From an uncultured Rikenellaceae bacterium (lineage in GTDB: Bacteria; Bacteroidota; Bacteroidia; Bacteroidales; VadinHA17), in NCBI GenBank assembly GCA_964507015.1, contig CAZDOM010000001.1:9227-73226 (forward strand): DNA of 64,000 nt, written 5' to 3'. The notes beneath the pieces were generated by a model. It had not been told where the DNA came from. It saw only the letters and a program-made list of their open reading frames with translations, and ran no database searches. Each line of letters begins with the position of its first letter. Position 1 is the first letter of the stretch. Shown here piece after piece: positions 38,131 to 46,255 of the stretch. Made by a program: the position numbers and the translations under genes.

Positions 38131-38138
38131 TAATTTTG
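38131..38138 (+). promoter_or_regulatory. -7 promoter box TAATTTTG for the glutamine synthetase gene
   Basis: Exact TAnnTTTG match 22 nt upstream of ATG 38160. Confidence 0.5.
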
Positions 38139-38159
38139 CTGACCTAATTTAAATTATCC

Positions 38160-39665
38160 ATGAAGCATAACGATATACTTTTAAGTCCTAATGAACTGGT
38201 TCAGTATCTTAAGAAACCAGCAAATGAGTTTACTCGTGATGATATCATCAGTTTCGTTGAAGCAAAGGGGATCTCAATGGTCAATTTCAGGTATGTTGCG
38301 GAAGACGGGAAACTGAAAACCCTGAATTATGTACCCTTCAGTCGTGATCATCTTATTTCTATACTTACTGCCGGCGAAAGAGTTGACGGTTCAAGCCTCT
38401 TTTCATTTGTGGGGTCAGGTTCAAGCGATCTGTACGTTATCCCCAGGTATCGTACAGCTTTTGTTAATCCCTTTACAGTGGCCCCGACCCTGGAAATACT
38501 CTGTTCGTTCTATGATAGTGAAGGAAGACCTCTTGTAAGCTCTCCGGAAAATATTCTGAAGAAAGCTTATACCCGGTTTGTTGAAAAGACCGGAATGCAT
38601 CTCAGAGTATTTGGAGAGCTGGAATATTATATAAAATCAATTCATGATGGAATTTACCCGCTGGCTGATCAAAAAGGATATCACCAGTCAAAACCTTTTG
38701 CAAAGTTTGAAGAGCTCAGGGTTGAAGCAATGAGCCTCTGTGCAAAGGCAGGATGCAGAATAAAATACGGGCATGCGGAAGTTGGTAGTTTTACAAAGGA
38801 TGGTGAGGATTTTGAGCAGCACGAAATTGAATTTCTTCCAAGTGAACCGGATGAAGCAGTTGATCATCTGGTTATAGCTAAATGGATACTTAGAGTACTG
38901 GGAGCGGAATATGATGTTGAAGTTAGTTTTGCACCTAAGATCACGGTAGGAACTGCCGGCTCCGGGATGCATATACATATGATGCTTGAAAAGAAGGGGA
39001 AGAATCAGATGGTCGAGAATGGCCATTTGAGCGATACTGCAAAGAGGATGATAGCAGGTATCCTTGACCTCTCTAAAGCTCTTACGGCTTTTGGAAATAC
39101 TATCCCCACCTCGTACCTGCGTCTTGTTCCTCACCAGGAGGCACCTACAAATATATGCTGGGGCGACCGGAACAGATCAGTATTGATACGGGTTCCCCTT
39201 GGCTGGAACGGTGCTATGAATATGATAAAGGATGCCAATCCGTTTGATCCGGCAGAATATGATGAAATGCCACTAAAACAGACTGTTGAACTGAGGTCAC
39301 CGGATGGTTCTGCTGATATTTACAAGCTCTTTGCCGGATTAATCGTGGCAATTGAACATGGACTTGAATTACCCAATGCGCTTGAAATGGCGGAACATCT
39401 TTATGTCAGCTACAATATATTTACTGAACCTGAAAAGAAAAAGAGGAAAAAACTCGAATCCCTGCCTGCATCATGCTGGGAATCAGCTGAATGTCTTCAG
39501 GTGAAAAGAGATTATTTTGAAAAGGATGGTGTTTTCCCGAAAGAGGTGATCGACAATATCATCACAAGGCTTAAATCATACAAAGATAAAGACCTTAGCG
39601 AACGACTCTATAACAAACCTGATGAAATTGGCAAACTGGTCAGACAGTTTCTTCATTGCAGCTGA
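38160..39665 (+). CDS. glnA: glutamine synthetase (roughly 500-aa Bacteroidota type)
   Basis: 501 aa. N-terminal beta-grasp region (ISMVNFRYVAEDGKLKTLN). Catalytic-domain blocks HAEVG, GSGMHIHM and ELRSPD. Confidence 0.75.
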   Translation: MKHNDILLSPNELVQYLKKPANEFTRDDIISFVEAKGISMVNFRYVAEDGKLKTLNYVPFSRDHLISILTAGERVDGSSLFSFVGSGSSDLYVIPRYRTAFVNPFTVAPTLEILCSFYDSEGRPLVSSPENILKKAYTRFVEKTGMHLRVFGELEYYIKSIHDGIYPLADQKGYHQSKPFAKFEELRVEAMSLCAKAGCRIKYGHAEVGSFTKDGEDFEQHEIEFLPSEPDEAVDHLVIAKWILRVLGAEYDVEVSFAPKITVGTAGSGMHIHMMLEKKGKNQMVENGHLSDTAKRMIAGILDLSKALTAFGNTIPTSYLRLVPHQEAPTNICWGDRNRSVLIRVPLGWNGAMNMIKDANPFDPAEYDEMPLKQTVELRSPDGSADIYKLFAGLIVAIEHGLELPNALEMAEHLYVSYNIFTEPEKKKRKKLESLPASCWESAECLQVKRDYFEKDGVFPKEVIDNIITRLKSYKDKDLSERLYNKPDEIGKLVRQFLHCS

Positions 39666-40581
39666 GTGTCTGATTCTTTTTCTCATCCTCCTCACGTGCC
39701 TCTTTTATACTTACATTCAGCTCAAAGCCGATGAGGAGAGCTATTGAATTAAGATAGAGCCAGATGAGAATGACCATGAGTGTTCCGATCCATCCATATA
39801 ATTGATTGTATTGCCCGAAATGGTTTACATAGAAGGAAAACCCTAGTGATGTGATTATAAAAAGTATTGTGGCCAGGGTAGAGCCAGGTGAGATAAACCT
39901 GAAATAAGTTCGCCGGGCCGGGGCAAGATAGTAAAGAAAAGAAATTGCCAGGAAAAGTAATATTATTACAAGGATCCATTTTATAAATACAATAATACTG
40001 ATCACAAGACTTCTCTCCAGGATATCAAGTTCAACAAGATAATTAACCACACTCTTTCCAAAGATAACAAGAAAGCCTGCAAGGGCTATCATCATAAGTA
40101 CTATGAGGAGCAGCATGATGGCGACTTTACGCTGGTGGATCCATGATCTGCTTTTAAAACTATGGGCAGAAACAACAAATGCATGAATAACCGCGTGAAT
40201 ACCATTGGTTGAAAAAATAATTGTGGTCAGGAACATAAAGAGCAGTAACGCACTGCTTTTTTTGGTTACAACATCAACGATTGTTTTCTCAAGGAAGTTA
40301 AAAGCATTAACAGGAAGGATATTTTCAAAAAGTTCAATCAGCTCCTTCTGAAAATTGGGTATAGGTATAAAAGGTATAAGTGTAAAAATGAATATTGATG
40401 CAGGGAGTAGGGCCATCAGCAGGTTAAAGGCTATTGCTGAAGCTCTTGTTACCAGCACTCCTTTCCTGAAACCTTTTATTACAAACTTTAAAACTTCACC
40501 AATCGGGATACCATCAAAACCTGGCAGAATAAGCCCTTTTATTCTTTCCCTTTTCCCGTTGATTCCGTCTGTTAAATGCAT
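39640..40581 (-). CDS. YihY/BrkB-family membrane protein
   Basis: 313 aa with about six TMs. N-terminal RASAIAFNLLMALLPASIFIF is typical of the family. Its 3' end overlaps the glnA 3' end by 26 nt. Confidence 0.75.
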   Translation of the reverse strand: MHLTDGINGKRERIKGLILPGFDGIPIGEVLKFVIKGFRKGVLVTRASAIAFNLLMALLPASIFIFTLIPFIPIPNFQKELIELFENILPVNAFNFLEKTIVDVVTKKSSALLLFMFLTTIIFSTNGIHAVIHAFVVSAHSFKSRSWIHQRKVAIMLLLIVLMMIALAGFLVIFGKSVVNYLVELDILERSLVISIIVFIKWILVIILLFLAISFLYYLAPARRTYFRFISPGSTLATILFIITSLGFSFYVNHFGQYNQLYGWIGTLMVILIWLYLNSIALLIGFELNVSIKEAREEDEKKNQTLSCNEETV

Positions 40582-40584
40582 ATA

Positions 40585-41439
40585 CTACATGGCTTTTAAG
40601 CTCATGTCGAGACTTTTTATATGATGTGTCAGTGCCCCAACAGAAATGTAATCAACACCACATTCGGCATATGCTCTTACCGTTTCATGGGTAATACCTC
40701 CTGACGACTCAGTTTCATACTTGCCATCAATAAGTTTTACAGCAGTTACTGTATCTTCAATATTAAAATTATCCAGCATTATACGGTTAATACCTCCTGT
40801 TTTCATTATGGTTTTTACATCATCAAGATTTCCCGCTTCAATCTCTATTTTGAGCTTCCTGTTGTTTCTGTCAAGATATTCTTTCGTTTTCCTTATAGCC
40901 GGTTCAATTCCGCCTGCATACCTTATATGATTATCCTTAAGCATAATCATATCAAATAATCCCATCCTGTGATTATACCCTCCGCCGATTCTTACAGCCT
41001 CCTTTTCCAGAAACCTGAATCCGGGTGTTGTTTTTCGTGTATCCAGAATCTTTGTTTTCAATCCGGCTACAAGGGTAACATACCTGCGGGTATTGGTGGC
41101 AATGCCGCTCATCCTTTGCATTATATTGAGCACCAGCCGTTCAGCCTTAAGAATTGACTGTTGTCTTCCTGATATAATAAATGCAATATCACCGTGTTTT
41201 ATAGGATTACCATCAGTTATAAATATTTCATATTTCAGGTTTTCGTCAATTTCAGTAAATACTATTTCAGCCACAGCAACACCTGCCAGGATACCATCAT
41301 CCTTCACCAGTAGTTGCGCTTTACCTGTTGCATCCCAGTCAATACATGCCAGTGAGGAATGATCTCCATCCCCCAGATCCTCACCGATGCTTCTTAAAAT
41401 AAACTCCCTGAGTATCCTATTTTCCATTTTCAGGTTCAA
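40585..41439 (-). CDS. nadC: nicotinate-nucleotide diphosphorylase (carboxylating)
   Basis: 284 aa. ILDTRKTTPGFR, GGGYNHRMGL, MLKDNH and MLDNF blocks of quinolinate phosphoribosyltransferase. Confidence 0.92.
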   Translation of the reverse strand: MNLKMENRILREFILRSIGEDLGDGDHSSLACIDWDATGKAQLLVKDDGILAGVAVAEIVFTEIDENLKYEIFITDGNPIKHGDIAFIISGRQQSILKAERLVLNIMQRMSGIATNTRRYVTLVAGLKTKILDTRKTTPGFRFLEKEAVRIGGGYNHRMGLFDMIMLKDNHIRYAGGIEPAIRKTKEYLDRNNRKLKIEIEAGNLDDVKTIMKTGGINRIMLDNFNIEDTVTAVKLIDGKYETESSGGITHETVRAYAECGVDYISVGALTHHIKSLDMSLKAM

Positions 41440-41821
41440 TGCGTATCTGGTGAATAAGAAGTTCGGTGTTTACCTTCTTAAGCAAAAAATAGACTCTGAA
41501 GTCACCCTTCTCTGTTTTCAGGATACCAATGGCATATTGTGAATCGCTTTTTGCACCCTGATGCCTGATTATAAAATCCCTGGTTGGATATTTAGTGAAA
41601 AAATCCTTCAATATTGTCTCTGCAACATTCTTTTTGTAGAAATCCTCCTTGTCGAGCAACAACACCTCAACAGTGGAATTCATGAATTTTGATAATTCCG
41701 CCGCATTTCCTGCCTTGAATGCAATGGAAATACCCCCAGGTATTTTTGTCTGTTCCTGGACATTTGATGAAAGTGTGCTCAGAATGATAAGCAGAGCCGG
41801 AATAATATTAATAAACTGCAT
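41417..41821 (-). CDS. DUF4783-like small secreted protein
   Basis: 134 aa with a signal peptide. NTF2-like size and the conserved position upstream of nadC. The family call is from memory. Confidence 0.5.
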   Translation of the reverse strand: MQFINIIPALLIILSTLSSNVQEQTKIPGGISIAFKAGNAAELSKFMNSTVEVLLLDKEDFYKKNVAETILKDFFTKYPTRDFIIRHQGAKSDSQYAIGILKTEKGDFRVYFLLKKVNTELLIHQIRIEPENGK

Positions 41822-41860
41822 CTGATTTAATTTTTTCCGAATTCCAAATTCTACGCTTCA

Positions 41861-41868
41861 CAAATTTA
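41861..41868 (-). promoter_or_regulatory. -7 promoter box (TAAATTTG on the minus strand) for the DUF4783-nadC-yihY operon
   Basis: The plus strand reads CAAATTTA, 40 nt upstream of the start at 41821. Confidence 0.4.
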
Positions 41869-41940
41869 ACTAATTTCATTTAAGAAAACCAGTCATACAG
41901 TATCAATATAATTATTATTGCAGGGGCACGTTTTTAATTA

Positions 41941-41948
41941 TATTTTTG
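41941..41948 (+). promoter_or_regulatory. -7 promoter box TATTTTTG for rlmH
   Basis: TAnnTTTG match 49 nt upstream of ATG 41997. Confidence 0.4.
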
Positions 41949-41996
41949 TATATAACAGGATGTTTTATTTAGTACACAAAAGTCGCGCCAATATTT

Positions 41997-42470
41997 ATGA
42001 AAATTGCATTATTACAGACAGGAAAGACAACTGAAAAGTATGTAAGCGAGGGCGTTGAATTATATTCTGCACGAATCAGAAAATATTCAGGATTTGAGGT
42101 CATTACTATTCCTGAGATAAAAAATATCCGGAATATGTCTGCCGATGAGGTTAAGATAAGGGAAGGAAGGAGAATATTACAGGCAATAGGAAAGAATGAT
42201 TTCGTTGTTTTGCTTGATGAAAAGGGAAAAGAACTCAGAACAACTGAATTTGCATTATGGATTGAAAAACAGACTATGGTTTCAGGTAAACGGATGTTGT
42301 TTGTTATAGGAGGTCCGTGGGGTTTCTCTGACGAGTTTAGTAAAACAGCAGAGTTCACTCTTTCTCTTTCCAGGATGACATTTCCTCATCAGCTTGTAAG
42401 AGTACTCTTCCTTGAGCAGCTTTACAGGGCTCTTACAATAATCAAAGGTGAATCGTACCATCATGAGTAG
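41997..42470 (+). CDS. rlmH: 23S rRNA (pseudouridine1915-N3)-methyltransferase
   Basis: 157-aa SPOUT fold. VLLDEKGKEL, FVIGGPWGF and HQLVRVLFLEQLYRA. Confidence 0.93.
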   Translation: MKIALLQTGKTTEKYVSEGVELYSARIRKYSGFEVITIPEIKNIRNMSADEVKIREGRRILQAIGKNDFVVLLDEKGKELRTTEFALWIEKQTMVSGKRMLFVIGGPWGFSDEFSKTAEFTLSLSRMTFPHQLVRVLFLEQLYRALTIIKGESYHHE

Positions 42471-42487
42471 TGACTAAAGAGCATATT

Positions 42488-45400
42488 ATGAGCAATAAAC
42501 GGAACACTATAATCCTTCTTATACTCTCTTTTACACTTTTTCTGCTGGCTCTGGCTGCAGAATTGTTATACCTGAGTGATTTTGAATACAGGTACAGAAC
42601 ACGGAAGTTCAACAAGGTTCTTGCCTCGAAGGAAAAGGTGATGGAGGATTGCCTGAAAACTCTGAAACAAAGCAACACCAGGGGAGAATCTCGTGGTTCA
42701 ACAGCATGGGAGGATGTGTTTTCTTTAGCCGAGCAGAATAATATCACAATTCTGGAATACCTTGATAACAGACTTGTTTATTGGTCGGATAACAATTTTG
42801 ATGTTGCCTTAACAGCCGATGATTCATCGTTTACCAGACACTTTATTTTTCTTCAGAATGGCTGGTTTATACCAGGTACAATTGAAGCAGGCAACGAGAA
42901 ATATGTAGGGTTATTAAAGGTCAGGAATGATTATTCTTTTGAAAATGATATAATAAAAGGCGGTTTTGTAAAGGACTTCAGGATACCTGATGATGTGGGA
43001 TTTACAACATTACAGGGGAATTCAGAATTTAATATTACAAACAGTAATGGTAAATTTCTATTTTCACTTGTTTTTCCTGAAGTTAAAAGCAATACAATTC
43101 TTATTATTATTCCATTGCTTTTATGGGTCTCTTTCTTTATCCTTATTATTTTACTGACCTTCTCACTTGTTAAACTTTTATCAGAAAAGGGGAAACCTGT
43201 TACCGGTATTATTCTCTCCCTTTTGATATTCTCAGTAATGTACGGTGTTGTTATTGTATCAGGTAAACCTGAAGTTTTAATGAGGACAGGATTGTTCTCA
43301 CCATATATCTTTTCACTAAATTCACTGGTACCTTCTCTGGGTCACCTTTTACTTTTAAGTATCCTGGCAGCAGTGCTTGTGTATATTTTTCTGATATGGT
43401 CTCCACCACAGGTAAACTTTAAAGATCCGCCTTCGCAATATTTGTTTTTAATATTTATGCTTATTGCCGGTGCCTGTATGATAAGTATGGTCCAGATTAT
43501 TATCAGGCAGCTTGTTTCGGATTCCAATATAAGCTTTGAGACATATAAGGTGCTGGATATGAGTTTTTTTAGTGTAGCCGGATTAACTTCAATAATCCTG
43601 TTTCTCTATATTCCTGTACTTTTTTTACTCAAAGTTTTCAGGATAACAGAATTGAAGGATCTAAAAAACCTGATTATTCCTTTATTTACCTCTCTTGCCG
43701 TCTTCCCGGCTTTCTTTTATAAAGACCTGTTGTCACTGTTCTCAACAATTGTCCTTTTCATTGCGATAATTACTATTATTCTCTATTCAATAAAAAACAG
43801 CTCCGGGATATTCAGGATCATTGTTTTACTATCCCTGATATTTGGTATTTATTCGTTGATTCAGATATCAGTTTATTCCGATAATAAAACTACCGAGAAT
43901 ATTAAGATCCAGGCACTCTCATTTTCCACCGATAATGATCCGGAAGCAGAGCATCTGTTGCTGGATATGTGGCCGCTGATTACAAGTGATACAACCCTGA
44001 AGAGGATGATGAATGTCAGTGTATTCTGGAAAGAGGATGTCGACAGGGTTAACAATTATCTTAATGAAAAATATTTTGGCGGCTACTGGGGTAATTTTAA
44101 CTTCAGTATTATTCCCTGCCGGAATATTGACTCTCTTCTTGTAGCTTCAGATAATGAGTATTATGAGAATTGTTTTGGTTTTTTTAATGAAAGGATAGAT
44201 AAACATGGTTATCAGCTCACCGGCACGGGGTTCTATTTCATTGATAACCAGGCAGGAAGATCCTATTATCTGGGGCGGTTGTTGTTTGACATTGAATCTG
44301 GCGCAACAAATGGATTGTTCATAGAGCTTTACAGTAACGTCAATTTTTTTCAGCCCGGTTACTCTGAGTTGCTTCTTGACAAGAAATTCAAGGGTTATTC
44401 CGGATTAAAGGATTATTCTTTTGCTAAATATATTAATGGAGGTATTGTACTTAATTATGGTGAATTTGCTTATGATAAGACTGATGACCGCTATGTTGCC
44501 AGGGATTCCGAATACCGGATTTTTAACAGTGAAGGATTCAGACATTTAGCCTTCAGAAACGGTAATGCAACAGTTGTAATTAGTCATCCTGTAATTTCCC
44601 GGGGGGATCTGGTCATCTCATTTGCATATCTTTTCGCCTTCTTCTTCATTTTTGCTAATATTATTGTTTTGATTATCAGGCCTCCCGCATTGAAAAGCCT
44701 GAAAAGCCTCAATTTCAGGCAGAAGCTCCAGATGTCATTTGTCGGAATCCTGCTATTCTCATTCATTCTGGTGGGGATTGTTGTCACCCTTCTTACAATA
44801 AACCAATACAGAACTAAACATAATGAGAATATTAAAGAGAAGATGAACTCTGTCTATACAGAACTCGATAATATTTTATCAAATGAAGACCACCTTTCCG
44901 CTGATTGGACAGGTTCAACCAATACAACACTGAATGAACTGCTTATCAACCTGTCAAACATTTTTGCCACAGATATAAACCTGTATGATCTTAACGGATT
45001 CCTGATGGCCACCTCAAGACCTGAAATATTCTATCGCAATCTGACAAGTATGAGGATGGATATTATGGCCTATATAAACCTTTCAGACCTTACAAAAAGC
45101 GAATATATTCAGACAGAGTCAATCGGAACTCTGGGCTATCTGTCAGCATATGTTCCTTTCTATAATGCAAATGGGCAAGTGCTGGCTTATCTTAACCTTC
45201 CCTATTTCAGGATGCAGAGTCTACTGACCAGGGATATTTCCAATATGGTTGTAGCTGTTGTTAATTTCACTCTTCTGCTGATACTGATTACTATGGGCTT
45301 TGCTGTATTTATAAGTGACAGGCTTACATCTCCTCTGGCAATGCTGGGTAAAGGTCTGGCCAGTGTTGAATTAGGGAAAAAAACAGAACACCTAATGTAC

Positions 45401-46198
45401 AAGGACAGCGATGAAATAGGTGAACTGGTAAAACAGTATAACAGGATGGTTGATGAACTTGAAGAGAGTGCCGGGAAACTGGCAAATTCAGAACGGGAGT
45501 ATGCATGGCGTGAAATGGCGAAACAAATAGCTCACGAGATAAAAAATCCGCTGACACCCATGAAACTGAATGTGCAGCAGCTATTAAAATCATGGAAAGA
45601 TGGTGTGCCTGGTTTTGACAAGAAACTTGAGAAATTTTCTAAAAACCAGATTGAATATATTGAGACTCTCTCTGCAATTGCATCTGCATTCTCATCGTTT
45701 GCAAAAATGCCGGGAACCAAACCCGGCCTTGTAAACCTGCTTGAGCAGATACAAACAACACTTGAACTTTTCAGAAATACCAGTAATGTCACATTCTGGG
45801 TCAGATGGCCTCATGAAAGTAAGGTATTTGTTTATGCCGACAAAGAGCATCTTAACGGGATCTTCTCAAATCTCTTTAAAAACAGCATACAGGCAATTCC
45901 CCCTGACAGGAAAGGACTTATCAAAGTCACCCTTGAGATACGCGGAAGTAAAGTAGTTGTTACTGTGGCAGACAATGGAACAGGTATTCCTGAACAATTA
46001 CATGAGCGGCTTTTTACACCTAACTTCACTACAAAGTCATCGGGTACGGGCCTGGGTCTTTCAATAGCAAAAAAATATGTTGAGGGAGCAAACGGAAGGA
46101 TATGGTTTGAATCGGAAGAGGATAAGGGCACTACTTTTTATGTGGAATTCCCCCTTATGTACACTGTTGAAAAACCCGGTGAGACTCCTAAAGTCTGA
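42488..46198 (+). CDS. large polytopic sensor histidine kinase (HAMP-HisKA-HATPase output), with no cognate response regulator in the window
   Basis: About 12 hydrophobic segments read by eye, in GTG-start numbering: aa 13-33, eight between 209 and 468, then 714-737, 755-777 and 925-949. They separate three soluble inserts. HAMP-like region at 950-1000. H-box AHEIKNPLTPM, with His at about nt 45533. N/G boxes FSNLFKNSIQA, DNGTGIP and GTGLGLSI. The track start is GTG 42470, which overlaps the rlmH stop; the first ATG is 42488. Confidence 0.85.
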   Translation: MSNKRNTIILLILSFTLFLLALAAELLYLSDFEYRYRTRKFNKVLASKEKVMEDCLKTLKQSNTRGESRGSTAWEDVFSLAEQNNITILEYLDNRLVYWSDNNFDVALTADDSSFTRHFIFLQNGWFIPGTIEAGNEKYVGLLKVRNDYSFENDIIKGGFVKDFRIPDDVGFTTLQGNSEFNITNSNGKFLFSLVFPEVKSNTILIIIPLLLWVSFFILIILLTFSLVKLLSEKGKPVTGIILSLLIFSVMYGVVIVSGKPEVLMRTGLFSPYIFSLNSLVPSLGHLLLLSILAAVLVYIFLIWSPPQVNFKDPPSQYLFLIFMLIAGACMISMVQIIIRQLVSDSNISFETYKVLDMSFFSVAGLTSIILFLYIPVLFLLKVFRITELKDLKNLIIPLFTSLAVFPAFFYKDLLSLFSTIVLFIAIITIILYSIKNSSGIFRIIVLLSLIFGIYSLIQISVYSDNKTTENIKIQALSFSTDNDPEAEHLLLDMWPLITSDTTLKRMMNVSVFWKEDVDRVNNYLNEKYFGGYWGNFNFSIIPCRNIDSLLVASDNEYYENCFGFFNERIDKHGYQLTGTGFYFIDNQAGRSYYLGRLLFDIESGATNGLFIELYSNVNFFQPGYSELLLDKKFKGYSGLKDYSFAKYINGGIVLNYGEFAYDKTDDRYVARDSEYRIFNSEGFRHLAFRNGNATVVISHPVISRGDLVISFAYLFAFFFIFANIIVLIIRPPALKSLKSLNFRQKLQMSFVGILLFSFILVGIVVTLLTINQYRTKHNENIKEKMNSVYTELDNILSNEDHLSADWTGSTNTTLNELLINLSNIFATDINLYDLNGFLMATSRPEIFYRNLTSMRMDIMAYINLSDLTKSEYIQTESIGTLGYLSAYVPFYNANGQVLAYLNLPYFRMQSLLTRDISNMVVAVVNFTLLLILITMGFAVFISDRLTSPLAMLGKGLASVELGKKTEHLMYKDSDEIGELVKQYNRMVDELEESAGKLANSEREYAWREMAKQIAHEIKNPLTPMKLNVQQLLKSWKDGVPGFDKKLEKFSKNQIEYIETLSAIASAFSSFAKMPGTKPGLVNLLEQIQTTLELFRNTSNVTFWVRWPHESKVFVYADKEHLNGIFSNLFKNSIQAIPPDRKGLIKVTLEIRGSKVVVTVADNGTGIPEQLHERLFTPNFTTKSSGTGLGLSIAKKYVEGANGRIWFESEEDKGTTFYVEFPLMYTVEKPGETPKV

Positions 46199-46255
46199 TA
46201 AGAGGAAACTATAAATGTAATTATTTAGTTATATTAGCAGTTCATTTTGGCTTTA

